DNA of 64,000 bases from the human T2T-CHM13v2.0 reference genome, Homo sapiens: NCBI RefSeq assembly GCF_009914755.1, contig NC_060930.1; one strand, 5' to 3'. Every line of letters starts with the position of its first letter. Positions within the stretch are counted from its first letter, which is position 1. This document shows positions 1-13,825 of this stretch, one piece after another. The notes beneath the pieces were generated by a model, which worked only from the letters and a program-made list of their open reading frames with translations, ran no database searches and was not told the origin of the DNA. Position numbers and translations under genes: made by a program.

Positions 1-1217
1 CCAATCAATTTTACAGCAAAACAGAGCTCTGTGGTTTTCTATTTACTTGCTATTTGCATATTTTAATAAGAAAATTGTAAATAAAGCTGGTTCTACAGCA
101 GGGATATGGTATTACAATAGTGTTACTCCAACCATATGGCCGTGCTGCCATCCAGCACAATAATGCAGATGTGTTTTGCACCTGTGTTTATATCTGGGCG
201 TCTCTGGCAGTGGGCTGTGTCTGTAGGTGGTCCAGAAGGAAAGGAGAAATTGAGGAGAGGCACACACTGCCAGAGATATGAGAGCCCAGTACCTGGAGAG
301 AGGGAACAACTCAGTCAGAATGTGAAAATGTCTGTGCTTAGTGAGGACCTGGGTTCTCTCCCGGCCCTGCCAGCCCTGCCCTGTGCTGCAGAGGGCAGGA
401 ATAACCTAATTATGTGATTTTCTGTGAAAAAGGATTTAGATCTCTTTATGTTCTAAAAGAAGGATTTCTAACGGACCGCATGATAGCATTTTAACTTAAA
501 TTGCTAGCTGGGAGTGGGTGGTTGATTTTTTGTTTTGGGGTGGTTTGTTTGTTTTGTCTTGTCTTTTGGAATTCTCCATTTGAAGGTCCTCTTTATTCAG
601 TGGGAACAAGGCCAATTTGCATTTTGTCAGTGATGTCAGCAGTAATAGGAAAGACATGGGAAATGGCACCATCTTCCCAGTTTTACCCACTGATGTGATG
701 GTGTGCAGTGTGGACTGAGTCTTAGGGCAGCAGCCGCTGGCTTGCCACTCTGCACCTCCGCTGTCCAGGCATATCACCCCACCCGGAGCAGAAGCACTAG
801 CTGCAGCTGCACGTCGGAGGGAGACACGGTGCTGGCCTCTGGCCTTTGCTGCAGGATCTGAGCCTTGCTGACACTCATTTATGAAGGCTTCCCACTGCCC
901 AGGAGCATCAGGATCGCCTTGCATATGAAACGCGGTATAAAGCCTGTCCTTTATACCTCATTTCTTTTGATCTAACATGACATGAATTTTATCTGAGTTT
1001 TTCATTGCTCCCTTGGTTTTGCACAAACCCAGTAAAATATTTTTCACTCCTTAACAGCAGATTTCTCACCCTTTGTGTTTGGTAGGTTTCCCCTAAGATG
1101 CCAACTGAGCTGCGTTCCCCTCTCAGGCACACACTATAATTTCTGAAGGTGATGGCATGCACCGGAGTGCCCACCAGTTGTGTCCTGGCCACACTCCAGT
1201 GGAGGTCCCTGGATGTC

Positions 1218-1231
1218 CTGCCCCCTGCAGG
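1218..1231 (-). promoter_or_regulatory. CTCF-like core motif
   Basis: Reverse complement reads CCTGCAGGGGGCAG, close to the CCASYAGRKGGCRS core. Motif only, no occupancy evidence. Confidence 0.35.
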
Positions 1232-1569
1232 TAGTTGCCTCCTGTGAGCTCATCTTTGAACTCTCTGTGGTACTAAAGGACGAGGAGTACATGCAGGATT
1301 GAAGATAATTTTCAGGACACACTTTAGCCAACAGCCTGAACCTTTGTTCTTCCTGACTGAGCCCTTGTAACAAAGATGAGAACATAGAACATAGCCAGTT
1401 AATTTGAGTTTGAATTTATTTTTTCACACCTGGTGAAGAAAATAATAAAAATGTTTAGCAGTGAGAAACTAAAAATGAAGAAATGAAAATATCCACAGCC
1501 CCTGAAAAATCAAGAGTTGACTATAGGACTGTTGGTTTGAAAAAAAAATTACATTGAAAATTCCAAACC

Positions 1570-2038
<469 letters not shown>

Positions 2039-5000
2039 TGCACTTTTTAATAAACAACGATTCTGCAGCAAGTCTCGGCCGAACTGTGGGGCCTTCTCTT
2101 CTGGCGCCTTTCTCTGGCCATCTGCGTAGAACAGGACATATGGGTGGTGGTAGTGGAGTTTTTCCAAATAACTGTATACCAGCAGCAGTCGTAGATCACA
2201 CTGATTGTTCTGCTATTCAGTTAAAGGGTTTTTTTCTTCCAGGTGCTTCATTCTTTAAATGTGTTAGCTATAGCGCAATCCATTTTAAACTGGGAACTTG
2301 GTTACTTTCTCTGATCTTAAAGCAGATTGCTGGTACTTTTCTGTTTCTATAACTTTTTGCTCCTCTGTCCTTTCTACTTCTACACCTCCCCAAAAGCCTC
2401 TGCTCCGTGAACTAATGATGTTGCTTTTTTGTCCCTGGCTAGGTTATGGACATAGAAAGCCAAACCACAATAGGTTAGATGTGAAGTATAGTGATAAAGA
2501 GGAAAACAATATAATATTAAATATGTGGGTTGCATTTTCAATTTTGCATTTTTATTGAATTCCTGTTTTTCCATAAAGTAATTCTCCCTGAGCTCGGCCA
2601 CATTTTTTTCTGAGGCCGGATATGTGAGTCTGTGTTGATTTGCAGCATTGTTGTGGTTTATATATATGTTTGACAGGATGCATATTCATTCCACTAACAT
2701 TCATTAGAACTCAAATGAATGCACAGACATGAATGATAGATTTAAGCACACGTATCTGCTTTCCTTCTGAGAAACAATAGCTTTTCAGGACTCTGTAGAC
2801 TAGTGAGGATTTTCAACAGAGTTTTATCTGAGAACAAATGGAGAATCTCTCTTCAATTAAATAATTAGAATTAAAACCTAGAAAGGCCACCTCAGTGGAT
2901 GGTAAACCTTTTTGCAGACTTCATTTTGTGAAAGAAAATGCTCGTAATTGCTGCTTGTTCCTGCACATTGTTTTGTTTTGGATTTGTTCAAATATAATTG
3001 TTTCTGCTGTTAAGTCACCTCCTGTTTGCAAGCATGTATTTGTTAAACACATTGAGAAGGAAGTTTTCATTTTTTAGGAAAATCAGTTTTGAACTAGAAT
3101 TCATAGACCATGCTTTCCTTGGTGACAATGCTGGATTGCTTCAAAGCACTGGTCCTCTTGCGCTGCCACGTGGAACGATGACTAGGCACTGTGTGATGAG
3201 GCACGATGCTGATTAGTATCCAGAAAAAAAGTCCTAAACGCCATGTAGCTTTCTAAGCTCTTGCTTTACATAAATATGCTGGTAACTACTGACTCTCAGT
3301 TTTGGCAGTGATTTTGCTAGTAAACATATTTTCGGGCCAGAAACCCTACAATGTAAAGTAGGATATTGCCCCCATTCCCCAGCCAAAAAAAAAAAAAAAA
3401 AAAAGGGAATGAAATGCATGGCTGTATCAGCCCTTGCCCCTCAAATGGTTTTTGGCATGCTTTAAGAGAAATAAAATATAAATTAATTCTCAAAGAATTT
3501 AGGATGCTCTTCCAGAAAGAGACGAGTCAGCTTCCCACATCAAACAGGGGAGTCTTTCACATATTTAGTCCATCTTCTATATTTACAGAATTTTCACATT
3601 ACTTTCTTTTCTTGGTTTACAACAATTCAATAATTCTTTTCTTTAAAGCTGTCTAAGAAATTTGTGTTTCACAGATCCTAGAGGCAGTGCAATTCTCGAC
3701 AGCACTTACAACAAAGGTTTATTTTCACACAAATTGTCTAGCTACTAATTCAGAGAGGTCTTCTGTGTATGCACATTGGAGTAATTTAAGCTCAACTGTT
3801 TTCAAGTCAACAAATATTGACATTTGCCTGTTACACCCCAGGCAATGTTCCTTTTTCTACACGTTCTTTCTTGCTTTCTATAAGTTAGGCTAATCCACTA
3901 TTAAAGTACAGACACGATAATTCAAATTATTATTGAAATATTAATTTTCCAAAAACAAAACAAGGAAAACATATTTTGAATGGTGGGAGGTGTGGACAAT
4001 AAATGGAAAATCCAGGTTTGTCTCCTTTTTATTTTTTGTGCCAGGTCTTCTTTGCTCAGTGTTTACAATTGGGATTGATACAAGTCAGTTACCTAAGAAA
4101 TTCTGTTGGAGAAAATAGCCACTAAAACTCTGACGAATCTGTCTTTCCTGCTTATTTTTCAAGCACACTCTAACATATTTAAATCAGCAAATTTCTAGCA
4201 GAACTGAATAAAGTCTGTCCTATTGGTCAGGCTTATGTGTAAACACAGTTATGTAAGCAGTACTTGAGGGCAGAAATTGTCCCAGGCACAAGCTATTGTC
4301 GCAACTAATCTTTTTACAACTCAAGGATGAATAAACTCACGACTTTAAAATGTTGTGCCCCATAGTCTATTAATCTTTCCATCTTTTAATGCAAACTTAT
4401 TCATACTGGAAAAATTATTCACATATACATTCACATACACATTATTGAGACTTCTATTGGAAACATGTAGAAATACTACGTAGGCATTTGTAAACTTCAA
4501 ATGATAAGTATACAATTAAGTACACATCATGATGACTATTTTTGTAAAATGATTATAGCTAATTATTCAAAAGTGTTTGAAATCTGTATGTACATCCTGA
4601 TTAGGAATCTAATAACTACATATTAAAATTTTAAATTATTAGGAATGTTATGTTTCACAACATTTAATGAACCTAAATAATTTAGAATACTGACCTTATA
4701 AAACATGTTTTATAGAATACAGTTAGTTTTTAATGGAATCAAGGCTTTCTAGTTTATTCAATGGAATTTCATGTTTTCTTAGCTTACAAACTAATAGCAA
4801 CATCAATTTAACTTTTATGAACCTAAGCTCCCTTACATTTTAAAGTAGAAATTAGAATATTTCCCATTGTAGAAGCATTTTGTGATGTAAAAACAGTATT
4901 TAGTGAAGTACTTCCACGAAGTCTCAGCAATCTGCTTATTTAAATATGAAATAACTAAATATAAAAACATAGTAATTTTGATCAGTGAGCTTATGCTGGC

Positions 5001-5871
5001 ATCCTTTTTGCATATTATTAATAAATTGCTAATATTTATAATTTAAAATAGTTTCCAGTTGCTGAGGAGCACTTAGAGATGAAAGCCTTCTTTCGTGTAT
5101 AAAAATTATGGGAGTCCCAGATGTGAAAATTGCCATCTATTTTTTTGGTTACGGACACACCCCAAGTTCTCCTCAGGCCATGGTAAACATAATGCACAGA
5201 GATCCTGATGGCCAGTCCAGGAATGCCCCACGTCCGGAAGCACTGAGTACATCATGGCCACCAGAACATTCCACAAGGTTGAAGCGAGCACTTCGGTCTG
5301 CAGATGAGGGTGGTGACAGACATCAATTAGGAAATTGATGTCAATTTAAAAATTCCTTTTGCATGAATAATTCATCTTCAGTTTATAAGGATTATTATTC
5401 CTGTGCCTTTTTATTTCCTGAAAGTCACACTTCAATATTAAGAAGAAAGAATTTTACAAATCCAAAAATGACTGACAGCAGGCAAGTGAGAACTATTAGT
5501 TAACCGATCAAAAAAAAAAAATGAGTGGAAGTGGACAGAGACGAAAACTGGCAAAAAACTGATTATAAGTTCCTCTATGCCTTCCTCCCTTCTTCTAGCC
5601 CACCTTTATATTATTTTTTAACAGAACAAATTTTCCTGGGAAAACTAGAAGTCTTTTTATTCTGAAACAGTAACAAGTAACTTCCATGACTTTGTCGTTT
5701 TAGCTTTCACTCTTGGTGAAGCTCAAGGCAGTGGCAGATGAAGGCAGGCCTCCTGCAGCTGCCAGTCACTTTTCCCTGCTCAAAGGGCCTCCCACTTCAT
5801 CATGGGCAAGCCTCACCTGGCAGGTAGCCTAAGGGAGGGCTGTGGGTCACTGCCCACCACTGTCCTCTAAG

Positions 5872-6240
5872 CACATCCACACATGTACACATGCATACCC
5901 CACCCCCTGCATACACACACCTGCATTCACATGCATGGATACACACATGCACGTATGCAAGCACACGTGCACATGCACACACCACCCCCCACGTACACAC
6001 ACCTGCACTCACAGGTACACACAGATGCAGACATGCACACCCACCCACATACATGCATACATCCACACAGCCCTGCATACACGTACACATCCATGCATAC
6101 ACCTACACATCCATGCATACACGTCCACATGCAAACACTCCTACATCCTCACGTCCACACTCACATGCACATACGCACAGATGCATGCACATACCCACAC
6201 ACATGCACACATCCACGTCCACATCCACACCCACACACAC
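5872..6240. repeat. Degenerate (CA)n/(CATG)-rich simple repeat
   Basis: About 370 bp of cacatgcatacacac variants. Source of the His/Thr-rich and Val/Cys-rich spurious ORFs. Confidence 0.9.
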
Positions 6241-9200
6241 TGTTAAGAAAAGATTGAAAACTTAAACTGAATTTGGAGGTAGCAGCTACTAATAAGAGTT
6301 GCAGTGAGCTAACTGGGGACAGGTCCCACTGGAAATCACAATGGTGGGTGTCAGGAACTGGGGGGAAGAGGCTGCAGGGCTCCGGGCCTTTAGGATGTTT
6401 AGATTCCATTGTATCTTAGCCTCGTTTTAACCTACCTTGTATCATTCTGTCTCATCAATCATAATTTAAATATTTGTTTTCTCTACATCTCTTTGATCTT
6501 TTCTGTAAATTGTGGTCTTTGACAGAATTTTATGTGAAAAGAATGCTGACAGTGGCATTCGAATTTTTTAAAAAATTCTCTCTGATTAACACATTTCTCT
6601 TTTGTGGCTGAACCACTCATCATAGGAGGATTGTTCACTGGTCCTTTGCTTTCAACAGCTCTTAAGATCATTTGTGGATTGTGTAACTGGAGAATTGTGT
6701 TTGGGAGGGTTTCGGCTTCCTGGCCACAAGGCATCTTCTCTCCCATCTTGCAGTAAGTTGACCGTCTTTGCGCTGGACGATCTGCAGGCCTGGTGGTCTG
6801 AGAGGTACCTTGCTCTCTTAGTTATAGTGCCTCTTTCTGCGTGTGTCACGAGAAAGTGTTCAGAAGAACCAATGTATTTTCCCAAGAAAAAGAAATCAGG
6901 AACCTGGTGTATTTTGCCTGATGCTTTAGGTAAACTAATCCAAATCAGGTGAGTTGTCTGTTGTTTACAGTTGAATGTCAAACAGAGAAAGCTGATACAT
7001 AGATCCAATAACTCTGTTATCCCACATTGTACATAGACTCCAACTTTCTGTCTAAGTCGTTAAGTTTCGAGGGAAAGCAAAGATGAGAAGGTAGTTCATA
7101 CTTAGGCTTTCCTGTTTTGTTTTGGGTTTTTTTGCGTACCATTCAGCAACCTTGTCCCTCCTTGGTGTGCTCGGCAGGTGGTGGCCCACCCTCTGTCATA
7201 TAAATCCTCCCGCCTCGACTTTGCATTTTGTGAGGCATAGTTGTGAAATTTTAGAAATTAATTGCTTTTGGGCAATGCCTAGATTCAGCTGTGAATGAGT
7301 CTGTGCACAGATTGTAAAACATACTCTGGCCTCGTTCGTCTCTGTTGAAAGGAAATGGCAGCCTCTTGCCATACCAGGAAAGGGTAAGTCACAAAAAGTG
7401 ATTGTGCTCTTGTTTATTCTGTGACGTACATTTCTTTGAAAAACATTTTAGTTTTTCAACCCCAGAAGGGAAACCATCAGCCATGCTAAAATTTATTGTT
7501 AAGCCTAGCAAAGTGGAAATGATCGTGGAAAATATTAGAGAGGTATAATTTTTATTTTTTGAGACTTTGTACAAATAGTAAAACATGCCTTTCCCCATAT
7601 CAGTTCAGACTTACCCACAAAAGCCCAGGCAGCCAAATGGACTATAACAACCCAGGTGTCATTTATTTTCTTAAGATATCATTTAATGTAACAAGACAGA
7701 AAGAGCCAGAGGTTCACTACCAGGAAGAAAATGATATGGCCATGAATAGTGTGATTTGCATTTAACTTTTAATTTTAGAACGGCTAAATGAAAAGAAAAA
7801 ATGCTAAATATATTTTAATCTACCAAGTGAATGAATGCTTTCTAGCTTGTTTTCTAAACTGCTCAGAAGAGTGGAATTGCTGTAAGAACCCTCCTCTGTA
7901 CTGGATTAAATATTCTGCAGGGCCATCCAAGGTTAAGTCTCTTCTTTATTTAAACTGCAGCACATTTCCTTTTCTTCATACTCGGTTCTATTACTGTGTG
8001 TATATTTTTAATAAACAAACTTATTTTCCTTTTTCTTTTTCTTATTTAGTTTAATATACTTTTTAAACAAGTGAGCCTCAGAGAATTATTATGAATCTCA
8101 ATTGCATATGTAAAAATACTTTCATAGTCTATGAAGATCTATAAAAACATAAAGTATTGCCATTATTATATGTGCAGCATTTCTTATGATTCTGCATTTC
8201 AAATGCAGAATCAGTATCATGTGAAAAACCCTAATTATCTTATTTAGCTCACATGGGCATATTCAAAATAAGTGGCTCAGCTTAGCAATATTTGCATAGT
8301 CCAAACAGATTTTTTTCCCCTCTTTGACACCTTTAATTTTAGGGCAAAATATGTATGAAAAAATTCTATTTATGAATTACAGTAAGGCATTAATAAGTTA
8401 TTTCAGCCAAGAAGTCAGATACCTTTACATGTTTTGTTAAATGTAAAGATAAAATTTGATTGACAGTTTAGTGCTATCACCAATTTATAAAAAGTAACGA
8501 AAAATAGCAAATTTATACCATTAATTTTTTGATTAATATGTACAGATGAAGTTTCTTTTCTTTCTTAAATCAGTTGCCCACATGAGAGATCAAATGTTTT
8601 TCTAGCTTTTACTTTCAGCTCACAGACATGGCCACCTTTTGCTCCACAGAAAGTTCTTATCATTTTCCGTTTCAAGGTAAATTGATGTGCAATTACCATG
8701 CTCATCAGTTACACCAATAGCAGAAATGCATATAAACCAAGAGAAAGTAGCTCTCAAGATTAAGAAAATGACCTAAGTTCAGTCTCATTTTAAAGACAGA
8801 AAAATGGAAATGTATTTGCCTTTCAATGGACACACTTTCAGGGTATTGAATAAAAGTAACCGTCTTTGATAACTAAGTCTACCAAACGTGTACATATTTT
8901 CAACCATTCTAAATCTTTTTAAAAATATGTATCATGCAAAATGCATCAGATTTTAACAATTTATTCTCTCTACATTAGTTTAGAAATTAAAGATGCATAC
9001 ATCCAACATGAAATCAAAAGTCAGTTTTAAGGTGTAAATTATCTAAGCCAGGTATATAAATTTAATTTTTGCCAAAATTGTGTTTTTACATGAATCCATT
9101 GAAATAGAGCCTTCTGTGAATGGTAGGCAATACAAAATTTATAGCGGTGGTAGATTATTAGAGCGACGTGGTATAGCATCTTGAGAAAATAAAATATTTC

Positions 9201-9774
9201 ACCGTCAACCTTCATATTCCTAACAATGCTAGTGTAACACGCACATTTTGAAATTTGTGTGAAGCCCCAGTGCTACAGTGATGAAGCAAGCTCTTTTTTA
9301 ATTTTAGTTTTTTTATATTAATCTGACCAAAATTTAGATTCAGTCCATTTTATGATGATTTTAGACACTCGGCATCAATTGTTCCATGGTACCAAATAAC
9401 TTTTTATATTACCTCTGATTTGTCTTTTGCTTTTCACAGCAACTGAGCACATCACTGTGTTTTCCCCTTTTCCCTGAAGAAGTAAACTTGTCTTTTTAGT
9501 TTCATGACAAAAGCAGGCAACTCTGGTGGCTTATATTTAGTTACAATTTATAAAGGCAGGACTGCGAGTCAAACCCGGGACGTTTTTTTCTGTTGTGTGT
9601 TTGCGTGCTGACGGGGACTGGCTTTTCTTCTTCTTCTTGTAGTTTGAAATGGAAACGCTGCACTGCTGAGAAAATACCACGGAAATAGAACCCACTGCAT
9701 TCCAGGAAAATAAATAAGCAAGGCCACCCAAATTTTCAATGAGTGCTCCTGCAGAATGCAGGAAATGGCAGGAG

Positions 9775-10370
9775 ATCCGTCCGAGGCACCCCAGGCCGGG
9801 TCGTGGGTAGAGAGCAGGGACGAGGGCTGGGAGGGGACGCAGGCACAGGGTGAGGGTGGCCCGTCTCCAGGGAGAACTGCGCGCTCACAGGCGGGGCCGG
9901 CTTCCCGCATCAGCCCGGCCGGGCTGCAGGTTCTGAGCGAGGGGGCGGCCGTGCCTCACTCTGGGCGGGACGCGGCCTGGTGCAGGGACGCTCACTTGCA
10001 GTGGCATTTCCCGTCTTACACGATGAGCTTCATCCACGTTCTCCATAACCCCCTCCCCGCCACGGGAAGCGTCAGCCACCTGGAACAGCCCTCTTCTGCT
10101 CGGTTGTAAAAAGCGTCAGGCGCTTTTGATTTGAAAAGCCTTAGGCCTGGGAATCGCTGTTGCTCCCTCGGTGGGCACGCCCTGCTGACACGCCCTAGCC
10201 CACCGGGGAAGCCACTGGCCACGAGGGAGCGAGGCGCACGGGTGTCTTCCCTCCCCAGAGTGAGTGTCAGGGAGGAAGCCAGGTCTTCCAGGGCGCTGAC
10301 AAGGCAGGGCCGGGCTCCTTCCCTCCGTTGTGTTTCTCTGAAATGTTCGAATCACTGGTGTGACGGGAGC
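9775..10370. promoter_or_regulatory. CpG-island-like GC-rich patch with GC boxes
   Basis: 26 CpGs counted by eye in 9781-10080, against an AT-rich background. GGGCGG boxes near 9943 and 9963, GGCGGGGC near 9890. Confidence 0.6.
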
Positions 10371-11230
10371 ACTTAAAGCCGAAAAAGGAAAGACGAAAGC
10401 AAAGGATTCTTCAGGGCACATGTGTACAGACTCCTGCTTCCCCTCACTTGCTTTCTGTTTCACTTCTCAGATCATCACTACAGCGTTTGCAGCTTTCCAG
10501 CTCATCATGCTGAACTGAAGACAAGACAAGAGGGGGAAAATCAAGGGTGGGTTTTTCCGCAGCACCGTGGTGTCCCGGCTTGGGATACGTTTTATCTGTT
10601 GTGAGCCTAAACCTTTTTTACTTCTCAAGCCAGGCCAAATTTTTGGATCCCCTTCAGGTTGCATTGGTAAACAAGAAGGAAATGTACACATTCTATTTAT
10701 TCTTACAACCAAGAAATGAACTAATTGAGTAGCTAGTATGGACCACAGTTGCAAAGGAAGGAACTCACAAGCGAGCTCTTCAAGCTGTGATTATGTGGGC
10801 AGGAACAATGGCCTGGGTAAAGAGAAGATGAATAGCCATCACTCCAGCCAAACAGCAAATATGAAACTCAAATTGTGCTTTGTTATTTTTCAAATAGCAA
10901 TGCTGTGTATTTGTGGGAATCATAGGAGAGATTTTTTAAAAATTCTTATCTGCAAAGGTAGAATGAATGGGAACAAAAGCACTGACTGTGTATTTCTTCT
11001 TAGTCAGCTTCTTCCAGTTGAGCCCATTTTCTTGGCAAATCAACTCTTTTGTTAGGTTGAAAAGGGTATCATTTCCTTTTCACAGTAAAATCAGGAATTT
11101 CATTTTGTGCAATACTACAGCATTTCCTGTCATTGAATTCTAATGGTTTGGGAGTGTGTTCTTTACCTAGCTTTCCAATACAAAGCAAGGAACAGGAAAA
11201 AAAAAGTCTCTTTCCATTTGCAATAGTTTC

Positions 11231-11823
11231 TTTTTTTTTTCTTTTTTTAAATTATTATTATACTTTAAGTTTTAGGGTACATGTGCACAATGTGCAGGTT
11301 AGTTACATATGTATACATGTGCCATGCTGGTGCGCTGCACCCATTAACTCGTCATCTAGCATTAGGTATATCTCCTAAGGCTATCCCTCCCCCCTCCCCC
11401 CACCCCACAACAGTCCCCAGAGTGTGATGTTCCCCTTCCTGTGTCCATGTGTTCTCATTGTTCAATTCCCATCTATGAGTGAGAACATGCGGTGTTTGGT
11501 TTTTTGTCCTTGCGATAGTTTACTGAGAATGATGATTTCCAATTTCATCCATGTCCCTACAAAGGACATGAACTCATCATTTTTTATGGCTGCATAGTAT
11601 TCCATGGTGTATATGTGCCACATTTTCTTAATCCAGTCTATCGTTGTTGGACATTTGGGTTGGTTCCAAGTCTTTGCTATTGTGAATAGTGCCGCAATAA
11701 ACATACGTGTGCATGTGTCTTTATAGCAGCATGATTTATAGTCCTTTGGGTATGTACCCAGTAATGGGATGGCTGGGTCGAATGGTATTTCTAGTTCTAG
11801 ATCCCTGAGGAATCCCCACACTG
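11231..11823 (-). mobile_element. L1PA2/L1PA3-type LINE-1, 5'-truncated (~590 bp)
   Basis: Poly-T, L1 3'UTR with GAG (non-Ta) diagnostic and G-rich tract. ORF 11462-11821 is the ORF2p C-terminus (..KSCCYKDTCTRMFIAALFTIAKTWNQPKCP..HRMFSLI). Possible 5-bp TSD gtttc. Confidence 0.95.
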
Positions 11824-12274
11824 TTTCAAAATATACATGGCTTGAGATTTTGTAAGTTTAGGAATTTCCAGCCACAGGAAAATCAAGAACTGTGAACTGC
11901 CGTAGCATCTGCTCTCACTCCCAGGGAGGGCAGCTCTGGGAGGAATGGCCCACGGAGCATGCGCAGCTGTGGCCTTCCAGCCTGCCCCTCTGGCCCTCAG
12001 GTGCCGCGGTCTGCTTCTCTTCTTGTCTTCTGTCTTTTCACCACCATACCGGCAGCTCTTGGCGTTTGTTAGCACCTTCCATCCATCCAAGTGGCTTCCA
12101 GAGAATTATCTAATGAATTCATACCAGTGTAAGTTATTCATAGGGTTTAACTGATTTATTCAGCAAATGTGCAAATGTTTCCAAGCACCCTACTTGTTGA
12201 GGTCTCTGAGAAATATAGAAATGATGCTGGCACTTGATAAAATACCAAAATAAATCACCACCCTGCAATGCTTT

Positions 12275-12372
12275 GGGCTCAGTGTCAGAGATGGAAGGGA
12301 CCTTGATACCACGCAGACCAAACCTCTGATTTCATAGATGAGAAAGTTAAGGCCTAGAACTAGCCAGTGACA
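12275..12372 (-). mobile_element. MIR/MIR3 fragment
   Basis: agagatggaagggaccttga...atttcatagatgagaaagttaaggcc resembles the antisense MIR core. Confidence 0.55.
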
Positions 12373-12464
12373 TGAGCAGATTTCCACTAAAACTCCGTAG
12401 AAATCTGCTGGTCTCTCTGCTGCTCTTTCTGGATTGCATCAATATCCAAATCTTTCTCACATGT

Positions 12465-12806
12465 TGTGGTAGATGAAATTGCTGTTAAAATATTCACTGC
12501 CCCTCTGACAGGCTTCTCCCACTGAGGGAATGACACACCCTCATCCCACTAACATCAGCCTTGGCCCTGACTTGCTTTGAGAGTGGAATGAGAGCAGAGG
12601 TGACCTATGCCGTAGCGCGACAGAAGCTATCTGCCTTTTTTTTTTTTTCTTCCAGGGCATCCACATTAATCTGGATAAAGGCTGCTTCTTCAGCCACAGC
12701 TAAGGTGCATGTAATAGGAATGAGAGCCACCTGTGTTTCAGAAAGCGTCTGGGATTTTAGAGCTGCTTGTAACTGCAGCCTAACACAGCCTCAGCCGACT
12801 GATACA
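12465..12806 (+). mobile_element. MLT1 (MaLR) LTR, old subfamily
   Basis: TGTGGTAG start, gacttgctttg...aatgagagcagaggtga core, ends gactgataca. Confidence 0.65.
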
Positions 12807-13694
12807 TCCAGTGTCGTCAAAACAGAGCAGGTATTGTTCCATTCTGTACAGTTTAACCTTAATCGGGACCCTCATGTGCACTGGGATCCTGATTTGGGTT
12901 CATGGACGGAAGACGCCCATGTACTGTGTGCTCCAGTGCTCCGTGGACGGTCTGGTCTTTTCCCAGGCTGGGCATGGACAGAGAAGGGCACACCTGGAAA
13001 GCCAGGGACTCTGCTGTCCTGCAGTGGCCAGGTTTACCCACGCCTTGAGAGGCTTTCATTTGAAATTCAGGGCCCCAACTTAGCTGTCCAGGTGGGAGAG
13101 ACTCTCCAGAAAAAAAGGATGAAGGTGTGCTTTCTGTCTTTGTATTTTTGGTAACTTCAGATAGCCTCAACGTGAGCCACGTGTTCCTAAAGAAAAAATC
13201 AGAAAACATATCCATGACATAGGCCAGTAGGGAACGTATTTATGAGAAAGCAGGAAAGCAGGCCCAGGGCACACAGATCTTATCTGGGGAGGTGGCTTTT
13301 CTACTGGACTTTGAAGAATGAATAAGAATTTGACATTCAGAGATGGCAGGAAACAGCCATTTGTGGTAAAGGCTCATTGTGATCGGAGACATTAGAACAG
13401 AAAGGCCTGGGATGTTTCAGAAAGTTGGTAGTGCAGTTTTTATTACTTCTTACAGGAACATGTTCCTCTTAACAGCAGAAAGAGGCTTAACCTAAAGAAT
13501 TTAATTGCTAACTATACAATTATGTTTACTAGGTTAAGCCAAGTATTTTGTTGTCTGTTTTTGTTTTATGAAGGAGAGGAGGTTGCTGTGGATCACCACA
13601 CGTGTCTACCTAGTCTTTGATGGCTTACAGCATTTTACTGATATTTAGGCACTGATCATGTATAAGGATAACTCGTCCACTTTTATCTGTGTTC

Positions 13695-13825
13695 TCTATC
13701 CTGGACACTGAGCTACTCAAGGGCAGGGTGAGTGTCTTGCTGAACTGATATCCTGAAGCTGAGCACAGTTCTTGACACAAATGGGAATGCAGCAAATGCT
13801 TATTGAGGAATAAATCAATAAATAT
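13695..13825 (+). mobile_element. L2 3' end
   Basis: gagctactcaagggcaggg...gcacagttcttgacaca...aaatgcttattgaggaataaat. Confidence 0.6.

Noticed and set aside
934-957. Hairpin ggtataaag-cctgtc-ctttatacc
   Set aside because: A 9-bp stem is expected by chance in 64 kb, and there is no ncRNA context.
496-1385. Minus-strand ORFs of 142 and 83 aa
   Set aside because: No recognisable domain or homology and no convincing exon boundaries. Lengths are compatible with chance.
4697-4714. 18-bp palindrome tataaaacatgttttata
   Set aside because: AT-rich in an AT-rich region, so near chance expectation.
5800-6409. Cluster of His/Thr-rich and Cys/Val-rich ORFs
   Set aside because: Translation of a CA-rich simple repeat.
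9440-9481. Possible 42-nt exon after a strong acceptor (tgtcttttgcttttcacag)
   Set aside because: The only nearby donor (AA|GTAAAC) is weak and the peptide is unrecognised.
12561-13154. 197-aa ORF
   Set aside because: Starts at TTG inside an MLT1 LTR, crosses a poly-T run, and has no homology I recognise.
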